Of a stretch of 64,000 nt of DNA, positions 21,194 through 34,935 are shown piece after piece. This stretch comes from Hypanus sabinus. Its lineage: Eukaryota. The notes under the pieces were generated by a model. It was not told the DNA's origin and searched no databases. It saw only the letters and a program-made list of their open reading frames with translations. The DNA lies in NCBI RefSeq assembly GCF_030144855.1, contig NC_082731.1, positions 31,992,001 through 32,056,000 of the forward strand, given 5' to 3'. Position numbers and translations under genes: made by a program. How positions within the stretch are numbered: the stretch's first letter is position 1; every line of letters begins with the position of its first letter.

Positions 21194-22009
21194 AACACAG
21201 CCAGCTGTCCGTTGGCAGTCCTGTGGTGTGGGGGAATGAAGAACAGACAGCAGCCTTCACGGAAACAGGCCCTTCGGCCCAGAGTGCCTGTGCTAACCAA
21301 AATACTAAATAAAACTAAATGCCTTCTTCCTGGACATGTCTAACAGCTTCTTAAACACCTCTATCATATCTACATCCTCCATTACCCTTGGCAGAATATT
21401 CCAGGCGCCCACCACTCTGTGTTAAAAAAGAAGCCCCACTCATCTCCCTTTCATCTTAAATGTGTACCCTGTGGTATTAGACATTACCACCCTGGGGGAT
21501 AAAGATACTGGCTGTCTGCACCATCTCAGATTCAGATTCAGATTATTGTCATTTACAAACCACAAATGCACTGCGGTTAAAAAATGAGACAACGTTCCTC
21601 CAGAATGATATCACAAAACACGTAATAAAACAGACTACACCAGAAAATCCGCATAACATCTGGCAATCCCCAATCCAGAGTCCGGAGAGGCTGCTGCGTA
21701 TTAATATCGCGCTACCGTCTTTCTGCGTTCCCCGGAAAGGAGCTCCAAACCCACCAGACAAAACAAGACCAAAAACTAAAGCTACAAGCCCTGCACAAAA
21801 CCACATAGTTACAACATATAGTTACAACAGTGCAAACAGTAGCATAATTGATAAAAAAAAACAGACCATGGGCACAGTAAAAATAGTCCAAAGACGTTAA
21901 AAGACCATAAGTTCAAAAGAAATCACCACACAGTTTCCACAAGTCCTCAGGGTCCCAGCTGACTCATCATCTCACACAGGCAGCAGAAGGGAATACCCCC
22001 GCTATGGAC

Positions 22010-22260
22010 TTCCACGGCGCCTCGCAGACACAGCACACAATGAAAGCTCTGTCGAACCCAGCCTCACAGACTCAGCACACAATGAAAGCTCTGTCGAACC
22101 CAGCCTCACAGACTCAGCACACAATGAAAGCTCTGTCGAACCCAGCCTCACAGACTCAGCACACAATGAAAGCTCTGTCGAACCCAGCCTCGCAGACACA
22201 GCACACGGTGAAAGCTCTGTCGAACCCAGCCTCGCAGACTCAGCACACAATGAAAGCGAC
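22010..22260. repeat. 42 bp tandem repeat, ~6 copies
   Basis: The 14-aa periodicity (ASQTQHTMKALSNP) of ORF 22004-22264 reflects a 42-bp unit. Confidence 0.92.
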
Positions 22261-22989
22261 CTGACCTGACCGCACTTGTCTCCAAGTCCGTCGAACCTCT
22301 GAGCCTCTGACCATCACCTCTGGCACAGCTTCTCCGAGCACCATCCTCTGCCGAGCGTAGTAAGATGCCCCCGCCAATGCGACCCCGAGGACTGGGGGCC
22401 TGTTCTTCCCAGCAGAGACCCGGACCTCACAGCAGCAGCAGCAATGAAGAGGGTCTTCCTGGAGATTTCCAGATGTTCCTCCGTTCTCCCACGTCCCTTT
22501 CTGATCCGATTATGATTGCGTACAGCACCCCGCTTCACAAATAACAGATAATCAGCTCCGGATAATCACACTCACGTCCCCATCTACATCAATGGAGTGG
22601 TAGTGGAGCGTGTATCAGCTCTGTGCCTTTCCTAACGATCTCAGGTCTCCCTTCAGCCTCTGCCACTCCAGGAAAAACAACTGAAGTTTGTCTGACCTCT
22701 CCTCACACCTCTAATCCAGGCAGCGTTCGAGTGAACTCCTTCCGCACCCTCTCCAAAACCGCCACATCTGTCCTATAGTGAGACAACCAGAAGCGAGTGT
22801 GTTACTCCAGGTGCCGCCAGACCAGAGCCTTATTCAACTGCAACGACAATCCGGCATGCAGAACCTCACCATCCTGTACATCCTCATCAGGGCCCCCACC
22901 ATGGTCCGGTGTTCCAGGTCTATCCTTGTAACCGAAGTCCTCCCTCCCCGGGAATCTCCCCTGCACTCTCTCCAAAGAATCAGGTTTGT

Positions 22990-23330
22990 TTCCACTGACG
23001 TCAGCACAAAACTTCTTGTTTTTGCAGCAGTGTAACAGTGCAAAAGGCACAAAAGTTACCCCAAATTACAAATAAATAACTGAAAAGAAATAACGAGGAC
23101 TGTCCCAAACTCTGATGGTGGAGGGGAAGAAGCTGTTCCTGAATTTCTGAGTGTGTGTCTTTGGGCTCCTGTACCTCCTCCCTGATGGTAACAGTGAGAA
23201 GAGGGCATGGCCCAGTTGGCAAAGGGCCTCAGTGGTGGATACCACCTTCCTGAGGCACTACCTCTGGAAGATGTCCTCGATGGTGTCGAGGCTTGTGCTT
23301 GTGATGGAGCTGGCCAAGTCCATTGCCCTC
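22990..23330 (-). mobile_element. LINE fragment (Rex1/Babar- or L2-like)
   Basis: Same 3' ORF2 signature as 20060-20660 (ctcctccctgatggtaacagtgagaagagggcatggcc). Confidence 0.7.
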
Positions 23331-25383
23331 TGCAGCCCACAGACCAGTACCGGCCCCTTGGCCCACACTGCCCTGCCAACCGTTAAGCAGACTCCAGTGT
23401 CAACCTCACCCTCCATTCCCCAAAGGTTACATGAGGAAGAGTGTTTGGGGGTGGGGGGAAGAAGAGAGAAGATACTAAATCAGCCGTGATGGAATGGCAG
23501 ATCCCTAATGGGCAAAATGGCCTGGTTTGCTCCCCTGTCCCTAATGTATCAACCTTTATCACTGCCCTTGGCAGGAAACTCCATGCAAAGAACTAAACTC
23601 TGATACCCCCATCATCTCTCATATTAGCATTTCCACTCTGGGAAAAATATGCTGGTTACCCACTCTGCCATATCACCTCCCTCCCTCATTCACTCCAAAG
23701 AGAAAACCCTTAGTTTGCTCAACCTTTCCTCATATCTCATGCTCACTAATTCAGACAGTATCCTGATAAATCTCCTCTGCACCCTCTCTAAAGCTTCTAC
23801 ATCCTTCCTATAATGATGTGCCCACAACTGAACACCACATTCTAAATGTGGTCGACATTGTTACTGCCCGTTACACCTCTGGCAACGGAGGTCCTCCATC
23901 TCTGGCAGTGTTCAGGGCTCACAACCCTCTGTGTAAAAAACTTACCCCTTATGTCTCCCCTAAACTTCCCTCCCTTAATTTTGTACATATGCCCCCAGTG
24001 TTTGCTATTGGTGCCCTGGGAAACAGGTACTGACTATCCATCCTATCTATGCCTCTCATAATCTTGTACACCTCTATCAAGTCCCCTCTCATTCTTCTAC
24101 GCTCCAAAGAGAAAAGTCCCAGCTCTGCTAACCTTGCTTCATATGACTTGTTCTCCAAACCAGGCAACATCCTGGTAAATCTCCTCTGCACCCTCTCCAT
24201 AGCTTCCACATCCTTCCTATAATGAGGTGACCAGAATTGAACACAATACTCTAAGTGCGTTCTCACCAGAGATTTGTAGAGTTGCAACATGACCTCTCTA
24301 CTCTTGAACTGAATCCCCGTTAATGAAGCCTAGCATCCCATAGGCCTTCTTAACTACCCTATCAACCTGTGCAGTAACCTTGAGGGATGTATGGATTTGA
24401 ACCCCAAGGTCCCTTTGTTCATCCACACTCTTATGTAACTGACCATTAATCCTGTACTCAGTCTTCTGGTTTGTCCTTCCAAAATGCATCACCTCACACT
24501 TGTCCGGATTGAACTCCATCTGCCATTTTTCTGCCCAACTCTGCAGCCTGTCTATATCCTCTTGTAACCTTCGACCACCTACAGCTCCATCCACAACTCC
24601 TCCAATCTTCGTGTCATCTGCAAATTTACTTCCTCTACATCCAGGTCATTTATAAAAATCACAAATAGCAGGGTCCCAGGACAGATCCCTGCGGCACTCC
24701 ACTAGTCACCGACCTCCAGGCTGAATACTTTCCTTCCACACCTACCCTCTGCTTTCTTCCTTTATGCCAAATTTTATCCAAACAGTCAAGGTTCCGCTTA
24801 TCCCATGCCTCATGACTTTTTGGATGAGTCTCTCATGAGGGACCTTGTCAAATGCTTTGCTAAAGTCCATGTAGACCACATCCACTGCTCCACCCTCATC
24901 AATTTCTTTTGTTACCTCTTCAAAAAACTCATGCAGGCTCGTGAGGCACGATCTTCCCTTCACAGAGCCATGTTGACTATCCATGAGTAGACTGTACTTC
25001 TCCAAATGCTCGTAGATCCTATCCTTAAGAATTTTTTCCAGTAGTTTGCATACCACTGACGTAAGACTCACCAGTCTATAGTTCCCAGGTTTCTCCCTAT
25101 TACCTTTTTTAAATAAGGGAACTACATTTGTCATTTTCCAGTCCTCTGACACTTCTCCTGCAGCCAAAGAGGATTCAAAAATCATAGCTAATGCTCCTGC
25201 GATCTTGTCTCTCAATTCTCACAACAACCTGAGGTGTATCATATCCGGCCCTGGGGATTTATCAATCTTAATGTTTTTATGAAGATCCAGCAATTCTTCC
25301 TTAATCTCCACATTGTCCAGCACACAGGCCCTCTCTACTTTGACCTCATCCTGATCAAGATCCTTTTCACTTGTGAATACTGA

Positions 25384-26272
25384 GGCAACATCCACACTAG
25401 ACCAGATAATTTTGAAAACGCCGGTTTTGCGTAAAAACGATAAGCGTCCACACTATGCGTTTTTGGAAATATCTCTATCCACACTAAAACGGAGATTTCG
25501 GCAAATCTCATCCTCTTGCGCATGTGCAGGACACATCTACCGAAAACAAGCGACATGTTTGGTGTCGAATCTCGCCGTAAAAGTGCGCGTTTCTGTAGTT
25601 ACAAACTAGAAAAACATAAAATGACGGACAGCTGTTGGCTCTCGCGCAGGAGGACTTAAAACTAAAAAAAAATACTGGAGCATACGGCAGCAATCGACAG
25701 AGAGTTCACGGACAGATTAACCCAGCTGATGACGAACATTGAAAAACTGACTAACTCTGTTGCATTAATAAAGTCCCTTGTTAAATGTGTAAAACATGTC
25801 TGCATCAGTGTTATCTTGTATTTCCATACAACTTTACATTAGGTTGTTACACATCTATTGTCAGAGAAGTACTTGCATAAATAGGTAAACCACCTTCATA
25901 CGAGCAAGGACAGAAAACAGGGCAAAGTGAGTATACTTATTTATTCAGTAAGTTATGGGTCAAAGTATTTGGTGAGTACATTTCTAACTCTTCTGGCTTC
26001 AGTCTCATTGCTGTCTGTTCTGAAATTGTTAGGTTGCATTCAAGAAAACAGTGAAATACGCGCTGCTGCCTGACAGTGTTTTCAGAAGTCTCCGGTTATG
26101 CCGTCCACACTGATCTGCCCGAGCAGCATTTTCAAAAGTACCCACCCTGGAAAGCGTTTCTGAAAAGCTCCAGTTTCAGGAGACGAAAACGCCGTTTTAG
26201 TGTGGATAGAGGGTAAAAACGAAGAGAAAAAGCTTCGGTTATGGATTTATCTGGCATACTGTGGATGTAGCC
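25384..26272. mobile_element. Non-autonomous TIR DNA transposon (PIF/Harbinger-like MITE), 889 bp
   Basis: TIRs GGCAACATCCACACTAGACCAGATAA and (reverse complement) GGCTACATCCACAGTATGCCAGATAA; 3-bp TSD tga/cga. Removing it restores gaatactgaagcaaagtattc of the CR1. Confidence 0.78.
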
Positions 26273-26424
26273 CGAAGCAAAGTATTCATCTAGGACCTCC
26301 CCAACCTCCTTTGCCTCCAGGCACATGTTGCCCTCTTTATCCTTTAGCCGTCCCACCTTCATTCTCGTCATCCTCCTATTCTTCACATACGCATAGAATG
26401 CCTTGGGGTTCTCCTTAATCCTAC

Positions 26425-29400
26425 ATAGAACATAGAATAGTACAGCACATTACAGGCCCTTCGGCCCACAATGTTGTGCCGACCCATATACCTGTGGGTT
26501 GTCTCTTAAACTTCACTAGTGTATCTGCCTCCACCACTGACTCAGGCACCAACCACTCTCTGAGTGAAAAACCTTCCTTCCCTCCCCTTACCTTAAAGCC
26601 ATGTCCTCTTGTACTGAGCAGTGGTGCCCTGGGGAAGAGGCGCTGGCTGTCCTCTCTATTTATTCCTCTTAATATCTTGTACACCTCTATCATGTCTCCT
26701 CTCATCTTCCTTCTCTCCAAAGAGTAAAGCCCTAGCTCCCTTAATCTCTGATCATAATCCATACTCTCTAAATCAGGCAGCATCCTGGTAAATCTCCTCT
26801 GTACCCTTTCCAATGCTTCCACATCCTTCCTATAGTGAGGTGACTAGAACTGGACACAGTACTCCAAGTGTGGCCTATCCAGAGTTTTATAGAGCTGCAT
26901 CATTACATCACATCTCTTAAACTCTATTCCTCGACATGAAAGCTAACACCCCATAAGCTTTCTTAACTACCCTATCTACCTGTGATGCCACTTTCAGGGA
27001 TCTGTGGACATGTACCCCCAACTTCTCCGGGTTGAACTCTATCTGCCACTTCTGCATCCTATCAATGTCTCTCTGCAATCTTCGACAATCTTCTACACTA
27101 TCTACAACATCACCAATCTTTGTGTCATCTGCAAACTTGCCAACCCACCTTTTTACCCCCACATCCAGGTCGTTAATAAAAATCACAGAGGTCCCAGAAC
27201 AGATCCTTATGAGACACCACTAGTCACAACCCTCCAATCTGAATGTACACCCTCCACTATGACCCTCTGCCTTCTGCAGGCAAGCCAATTCTGAATCCAC
27301 CTGGCCAAACTTTCCTGGATCCCATGCCTTTTGACTTTCTGAATAAGCCTACCGTGTGGAACCTTGTCAAATGGCTTACTAAAATCCATGTAGATCACAT
27401 CCACTGCACTACCCTCATCTATATGCCTGGTCACCTCCTCAAAGAACTCTATCAGGCTTGTTAGACATGATCTGCCCTTCACAAAGCTATGCTGACTGTC
27501 CCTGATCAGACCATGATTCTCTAAATACCCATAGATCCTATCTCTAAGAATCTTTTCCAACAGCTTTCCCACCACAGAAGTAAGGCTCACTGACTATCCC
27601 TATTACCTTTTTTGAACAAGGGGACAACATTCACCTCCCTCCAATCCTCTGGTACCATACCCGTGGACAACGAGGACATATAGATCCTAGCCAGAGGCTC
27701 AGCAATTTCTTCCCTCGCCTCGTGGTCAGCCTTGGGAATATTCTGTTAGGACCCGGGGACTTATCCGTCCTAATGTATTTTAACAACTCCAACACCTCCT
27801 TCCCCTTAATATCAACCTGCTCCAGAACATCAACCTCACTCATATTGTCTTCACTGTCATCAAGTTCCCTCTCATGGGTGAATACCGAAGAGAAGTATTC
27901 ATTGAGGACCTCGCTCACTTCCACAAACTCCAGGCACATCTTCCCACTTTTATCTCTAATCGGTCCTACCTTCACTCCTGTCAACCTTTTGTTCTTCATA
28001 TAATTGAACAATGCCTTGGGATTTTCCTTTACCCTGCACGCCAAGTCCTTCTCATGCCCCCTTCTTGCTCTTCTCAGCCCCTTTCTTGCTACCCTATATT
28101 CCTCAATAGGCCCATCTGATCCTTGCTCCCTAAACCTCATGTATGCTGCCTTCTTCCACCTGACTAGATTTTCCACTTCACTTGTCACCCATGGTTCCTT
28201 CACCCTACCATTCTTTATCTTCCTCACCAGGACAAATTTATCCCTAACATCCTGCAAGAGATCTTTAAACATCGACCACATGTCCGTAGTAAATTTCCCT
28301 GCAAAAACATCATCCCAATTCACACCTGCAAGTTCTAGCCTTATAGCCTCATAATTTGCCATTCCCCAATTAAAAATTTTCTTGTCCTCTCTGATTCTAT
28401 CCTTTTCCATGATAATGTTAACGGTCAGGGAGCGGAGGTTACTGTCCCCCAGATGCTCACCTACTGACAGATCTGTGACCTGACCCGGTTCGTTACCTAA
28501 TACTAGATCTAGTATGGCATCCCCCCTAGTCAGCCTGTCAACATACTGTGACAGGAATCCATCCTGGACACACTTAACAAACTTTGCCCCATCTAAACCC
28601 TTGGAACTAATCAGATGTCAATCAATATTAGGGAAGTTAAAGTCACCCATGATAACAACCCTGTTATTTTTGCACCTTTCCAAAATTTGCTTCCCAATCT
28701 GCTCCTCGGTATTCCTGCTGCTACCAGGGGGCCTATAGAATACCCCCAGTAGAGTAACTGCTCCCTTCCTGTTCCTGACTTCTACCCATACTGACTCAAA
28801 AGAGGATCCTGCTACATTACCCACCCTTTCTGTAGCTGTGATAGTATCCCTGACCAGTAATGCCACTCCTCCTCCCCTTCCCCCCTCTCTATCCCTTTTA
28901 AAGCACTGAAATCCAGGAATATTGAAAATACATCCTTGCCCTGGTGCCAGCCAAGTCTCTGTAATGGCCACTACATCATAATTCCATGTGTGTATCCAAG
29001 TTCTCAGTTCATCACCTTTGTTCCTGATGCTTCTTTCATTGAAGTACACACACTTTAGCCCTTCTACCTTACTACCTTTGCACCCTTTATTCTGCCTCTC
29101 TTTCCTCAAAGCCTCTCTATATGTTAGATCTGGCTTTACTCCATGCACTTCTTTCACTGCTCTATTGCTCCGGGTCCCACCCCCCTTGCCAATTAGTTTA
29201 AACCCTCCCGAACCATGCTAGCAAACCTACTGCAAGGATATTGCTCCCCCTCGAGATCAGGTGCAACCCATCCAATCTGTACAGGTCCCACCTTCCCCAG
29301 AAGGGATCCCAGTGATCCAAAAATCTAAACCCTGCCCCCTGCACCAACCTCAGCCTTGCATTCAACTGCCATCTCCTCCAACTCTTACCATCACTATCAC

Positions 29401-30250
29401 GTAGCACTGGCAGCAATCCTGAGAACGCCACCCTTGAGGTCCTGTTCTTCAGCCTTCTGTCTAGTTCCCGAAACTCACACTTCAGGACCTCATCCCCCTT
29501 CCTGCCTATGTTGTTGGTACCAAATGTATCACGACTTCTGGTTGTTTTCCCTCTCGTACCAGGATATCATGCACCTGGTCAGAGACATCCCGATCCCTGG
29601 CACTTGGGAAGCAACAAACCATGCGGATGTCCTTCTCACGTCCACAAAATCTCCTGTCTGCTCCCCTGACTATAGAGTCTCCAATGATGACAGCTCTCCT
29701 CTTCTCCGTCCCATCCTTCTGCACCACAGGGTCAGACTCAGTGCCAGAGGCCCTGCCACCATGGCTCACACCTGGGCGGTTGTCCATGCCAACAGTATCC
29801 AGGACGGTAAACTTATTATTCAGAGGAATGGCTACAGGGGTGCTCTGCACTATCTGTCTACTCTCCTTCGCTTTCCCCCCCTCTGACTGTCACCCGACAA
29901 CCTGCTTCCGGCAGCCTAGGTCTGACTACCTCCCTGTAGCTCTCATCTATGACCGCCTCATTCTCCCTTATGAGTCGAAGGTCATCCAGCTGCTGCTCCA
30001 GATTCCTCACACGGTCTTCCAGATCGCCCAGCCGCATGTACTTCTGGTAGATGTGACTCTGCGGGAGAGGGGAGTTCCCCACGACGGCCACATTTCACAG
30101 GCGAGGCACATCACAATCTCAGGAGGCATTGTAAAGACTAACTGGGAACAAACTCGTCCTCAGCCTCTCGAGTCAAAGCCTCAAATCTCCACTCCTTCAC
30201 TGGCCCACTCACTCACTGGCCGCTTTCCCAGTACCCCCTTTGAGCTCTCC
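26425..30250 (-). mobile_element. Near full-length degenerate CR1 LINE (CR1-B) nested in the host CR1
   Basis: 3' tail catagaacatagaa at 26425; RT, endonuclease (YDVVAITETW, MGDFNFP) and ORF1 with an SGNH-esterase-like GDSIVRG motif. Multiple frameshifts. Confidence 0.85.
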
Positions 30251-30565
30251 TAAGTCCTTTCTTTAGCTCCTTCCTGGCTACCTTATATTTCTCATAAGCC
30301 CCTCCTACTTCCTGCTTCTTATATCTAACATATGCTTCCTTTTTCCCCTTGACGAGTTGCCTCACATGTTTCGTCAGCCACAGTTCCCTTTTCCTACCAT
30401 TTTTTCCTTGCCTCAGTGGGACAAACCTATCCTGAACTCAGCTCAAGTGGTTCCTAAACTTCTCCCACATTACTTCTGTGCTTTCCTCTTTGAACATCTG
30501 TTTCCAATTTACTCTCGCTAGTTCCTGCCTCATCCCTTCAAAGTTAGCCCTTCCCCAGTTAAGCA

Positions 30566-33460
30566 CTTTACCATTTCAATAGACAATAGGTGCAGAAGTA
30601 GACCATTCAGCCCTTCAAGCCTGCACCGCCATTTTGAGATCATGGCTGATCATCTACTATCAATACCCGGTTCCTGCCTTGTCCCCATATCCCTTGATTC
30701 CCCTATCCATAAGATACCTATCTAGCTCCTTCTTGAAAGCATCCAGAGAATTGGCCTCCATTGCCTTCCGAGCCAGTGCATTGCACACCCCCACAACTGT
30801 CTGGGAGAAGAAGTTTTTCCTTAACTCTGTCCTAAATGACCTATCCCTTATTCTCAAACCATGCCCTCTGGTACTGGACTCTCCCAGCATCTGGAACATA
30901 TTTCCTGCCTCTATCTTGTCCAATCCCTTAATAATCTTATATGTTGTAATCAGATCCCCTCTCAATCTTCTTAATTCCAGCGTGTACAAGCCCAGTCTCT
31001 CTAACCTCTCTGCGTAAGACAGTCCAGACATCCCAGGAATTAACCTCGTGAATCTACGCTGTACTTCCTCTACAGCCAGAATGTCCTTCCTTAACCCTGG
31101 AGACCAAAACTGTACACAATACTCCAGGGGTGGTCTCACCAGGGCTCTGTACAAATGCAAGAAGATTTCCTTGCTCTTGTACTCAATTAATTCCCTTTGT
31201 AATAAAGGCCAACATTCCATTAGCCTTCTTCACTGCCTGCTGCACTTGCTCATTCACCTTCAGTGACTGATGAACAAGGACTCCTAGATCTCTTTGTATT
31301 TCTCCCTTACCTAACTCTACACCGTTCAGATAATAATCTGCCTTCCTGTTCTTACTCCCAAAGCGGATAACCTCACACTTATTCACATTAAACGTCATCT
31401 GCCAAGTATCTGCCCACTCACCCAGCCTATCCAAGTCACCCTGAGTTCTCCTAACATCCTCATCACGTCTCACTGCCACCCAGCTTAGTATCATCAGCAA
31501 ATTTGCTGATGTTATTCTCAATGCCTTCATCTAAATCGTTGATGTAAATTGTAAACAGCTGTGGTCCCAATACCGAGCCCTGTGGCACCCCACTAGTCAC
31601 TACCTGCCATTCCGAGAAATACCCATTCACCGCTACCCTTTGCTTTCTATCTGCCAACCAGTTTTCTATCCATGTCAATGTCTTTCCCCCAATGCCCAGA
31701 GCTTTGATTTTACCCACCAATCTCCTCTGTGGGACCTTATCAAATGCCTTCTGAAAATCGAGGTACACTACATCCACTGGATCTCCCTTGTCTAACTTCC
31801 TGGTTACATCCTCAAAAAACTCCAACAGATTAGTCAAGCATGATTTACCCTTGGTAAATCCATGCTGGCTCGGCCCAATCCTATCACTGCTATCTGGATA
31901 TGCCACTATTTCATCCTTAATAATGGACTCTAGCACCTTCCCCATTACTGATGTCAGACTGACAGGTCGATTGTTCTCTCCCTCCCTCCTTTCTTAAAAA
32001 GTGGGATAACATTAGCCATTCTCCAATCCTCAGGAACTGATCCTGAATCTAAGGAACATTGGAAAATGATTACCAATGCATCCACAATTTCCAAGGCCAC
32101 CTCCTTTAGTACCCTAGGATGCAGACCATCTGGACCTGAGGATTTGTCAGCCTTCAGTCCCATCAGTCTACTCATCACCGTTTCCTTCCTAATGTCAATC
32201 TGTTTCATTTCCTCTGTTACCCTATGTCCTTGGCCCATCCATACATCTGGGAGATTGCTTGTGTCATCCTTAGTGAAAACAGATCTAAAGTACTCATTAA
32301 ATTCTTCTGCCATTTCTCTGTTTCCCATAACAATTTCACCCAATTCATTCTTCAAGGGCCCAACACTGTTCTTAACTATCTTCTTTCTCTTCACATACCT
32401 AAAAAAGCTTTTGCTATCTTCCTTTATATTCCTGGCTAGCTTGCGTTCGTACCTCATTTTTTCTCCCTGTATTGCCTTTTTAGTTAAGTTCTGTTGTTCC
32501 TTAAAAACTTTCCAATCATTTGTCCTCCCACTCACCTTAGCTCTGTCATACTTCCCTTTTTTTTAATGCTATGCAATCTCTGACTTCCTTTGTCAACCAT
32601 TGTGGCCCTTTCCCCCCTTTGAATCCTTCCTTCTCTGGGGGATGAACTGATTTTGAACCTTGTGCATTATTCCCAAGAATACCTGCCATTGCTGTTCCAC
32701 TGTCTTTTCTGCTAGGCTATCCGTCCAGTCAACTTTGGCCAGCTCCTCCCTCATGGCTCCATAGTTTCCCCTGTTCAACTGCAACACTGACACCTCCGAA
32801 CTGCCCTTATCCTTCTCAAATTGCAGATAAAAACTTATCACATTATGATCACTACCTCCTAATGGCTCCTTCAAGATCACTTATCAAATCCTGTTCATTA
32901 CACAACACTAAATCCAGAAGTCTTGTCCCTGAGAACAGCTCTCGTACAAGTTGTTCCAAGAATGCATCCCATAGGCACTCTACAAACTCCCTATCCTGTG
33001 GTCCAGCACCAACCTGATTCTCCCAGTTCACCTGCATGTTGAAATCCCCCATAGCTACTGCGACATTACCTTTGCCGCATGCCAATGTTAACTCCCTATT
33101 CAACTTGCACCCAATATCCATGCTACTGTTTGGTGGCCTATAGACAACACCCATTTGGGTCCTTTTGCCCTTACTGTTCCTCAGTTCTATCCACACAGAC
33201 TCTACTTCTCCTGACCCTATGTCCCCCCTTGCAAAGGACTGAATCTCATTCCTCACCAACAGGGCCACCCCACCCCCTCTGCCCACATTTCTGTCCCTAC
33301 GATAGCACGTATACCCTTGTACATTCATTTCCCAGGTCTGATCTCCCTGCAGCCATGTCTCCGTTATCCCAACAAAATCATAGTTATCCATTCGGACCTG
33401 AGCTTCAAGCTCATCCGCCTTATTTCTGACACTTCGTGCATTCAGATATAGAATTTTTTC
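30566..33460 (-). mobile_element. 5'-truncated CR1 LINE (CR1-C) nested in the host CR1
   Basis: 3' tail caatagacaataggtgcag at ~30570; RT ([22 protein letters not shown]) and EN (FVGITETWL) peptides in broken frames. Confidence 0.85.
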
Positions 33461-34935
33461 TCCTCTCTCTGTTTGAATCGCTACCTATTGTGCTGATTAT
33501 TAAAATCATCTGATTTTATCCCTTTCCCATAGCTATGGTGAAGCTAAGGGAGTTGTGGTCACTCTCACCAAAATGCTCCCCCACCAAGAGGCCTGTCACC
33601 TGACCAGGTTCATTACACAGTACTAGATCCAGTATAGCCTCTCCTCTTGTCATCCGGTCCCCATACCGTGTCAGGAATCCTTCTTGAACACACCTGACAA
33701 ATTCAGCCCCATCTATCCCCCTTGCACTCAGGAGGTGCCAGTCAATATGAGGGAAGTTGAAATCACCCACAACTACTACCCTGTATTTCCTGCACCATTC
33801 TAAAATCTGCCTACTTATCTGCTCCTCAGTGTCCCGAGGGCTATTTGGGGGTCTATAGACTACTCCCAGCACAGTGATTGATCCCTTCCTATTTCTGACT
33901 TCCATCCAGACTGACTCCGTGGACACACCTTCTGCAGCGTCCTCCCTTTCTATAGCCGTGATACTATCCCTGACCAGCAATGCCACTCCCCCCACCTTTT
34001 CTACCTCTCATTCTATTCATTTTAAAACACCTGAACCCCAGGACCTGCATCATCCAATCCTGCCCTTCCTCCAACCAAGTTTCAGTAATGGCCATAACAT
34101 CGTAGATCCACATATGAATCCATGCTCAAAGTTCATCCTCCTTTTTCCTAATACTCCTAGTATTGAAATAGACACATTTCATCCCCTTTAACTGTCTACA
34201 GTTAAGTTCTGTCCCCTGCCTGTCCTTCCTCATCAACTCAGAACTCTCTCAGCATCATGCCCTTGTCCTTCTACCTTAATCCCTGCACTCACATTCTGAT
34301 TCCCACCCCCTTACCAAATTAGTTTAAACCCTCCCCAACAGCTCTGTCAAACCTGCCCGGCAGGATATTGGTCCCCCTGGGATTCAAGTGCAACTTGTCC
34401 TTTTTTGTACAGGTCACACTCGCCCCAAAAGAGGTCCCAATGATCCAGAAATCTGAATCCCTGCCGCCCGCTCCAATTCCTCAGCCACGCATTTATCCTC
34501 CATCTCATCCTATTCCTATTCTCAATGTTGCGTGGCAACATCCTGAGATTAACATCTTTGAGGTCCTGCTTTTCAACTTCCTTCCTAACTCCCTGTAGTC
34601 TTCTTTCAGGACCTCGTCCCTTTTCCTACCTATGTCATTGGTACCAATATCCCTCCCACCGCAGGATATCTTGGACGCGATCAGAAACATCCTGGACCCT
34701 GGCACCTGGGAGGCAAACTACCATTCAAGTTTCTCTCCTGCGTCCACAGAATCGCCTGTCTAACCCCCTGACTATCGAGTCCCCTATCACTACTGCCTTC
34801 CTCTTCCTTTCCCTACCCTTCTGAGCCACAGGGCCAGACTCTGTGCCAGAGGCACGGCCACTGTCGCTTCCCCCAGGTAGGCTGTCCCTCCCAACAGTAC
34901 TCAAACAGGAGTACTTATTGTCAAGGGGTACAGCC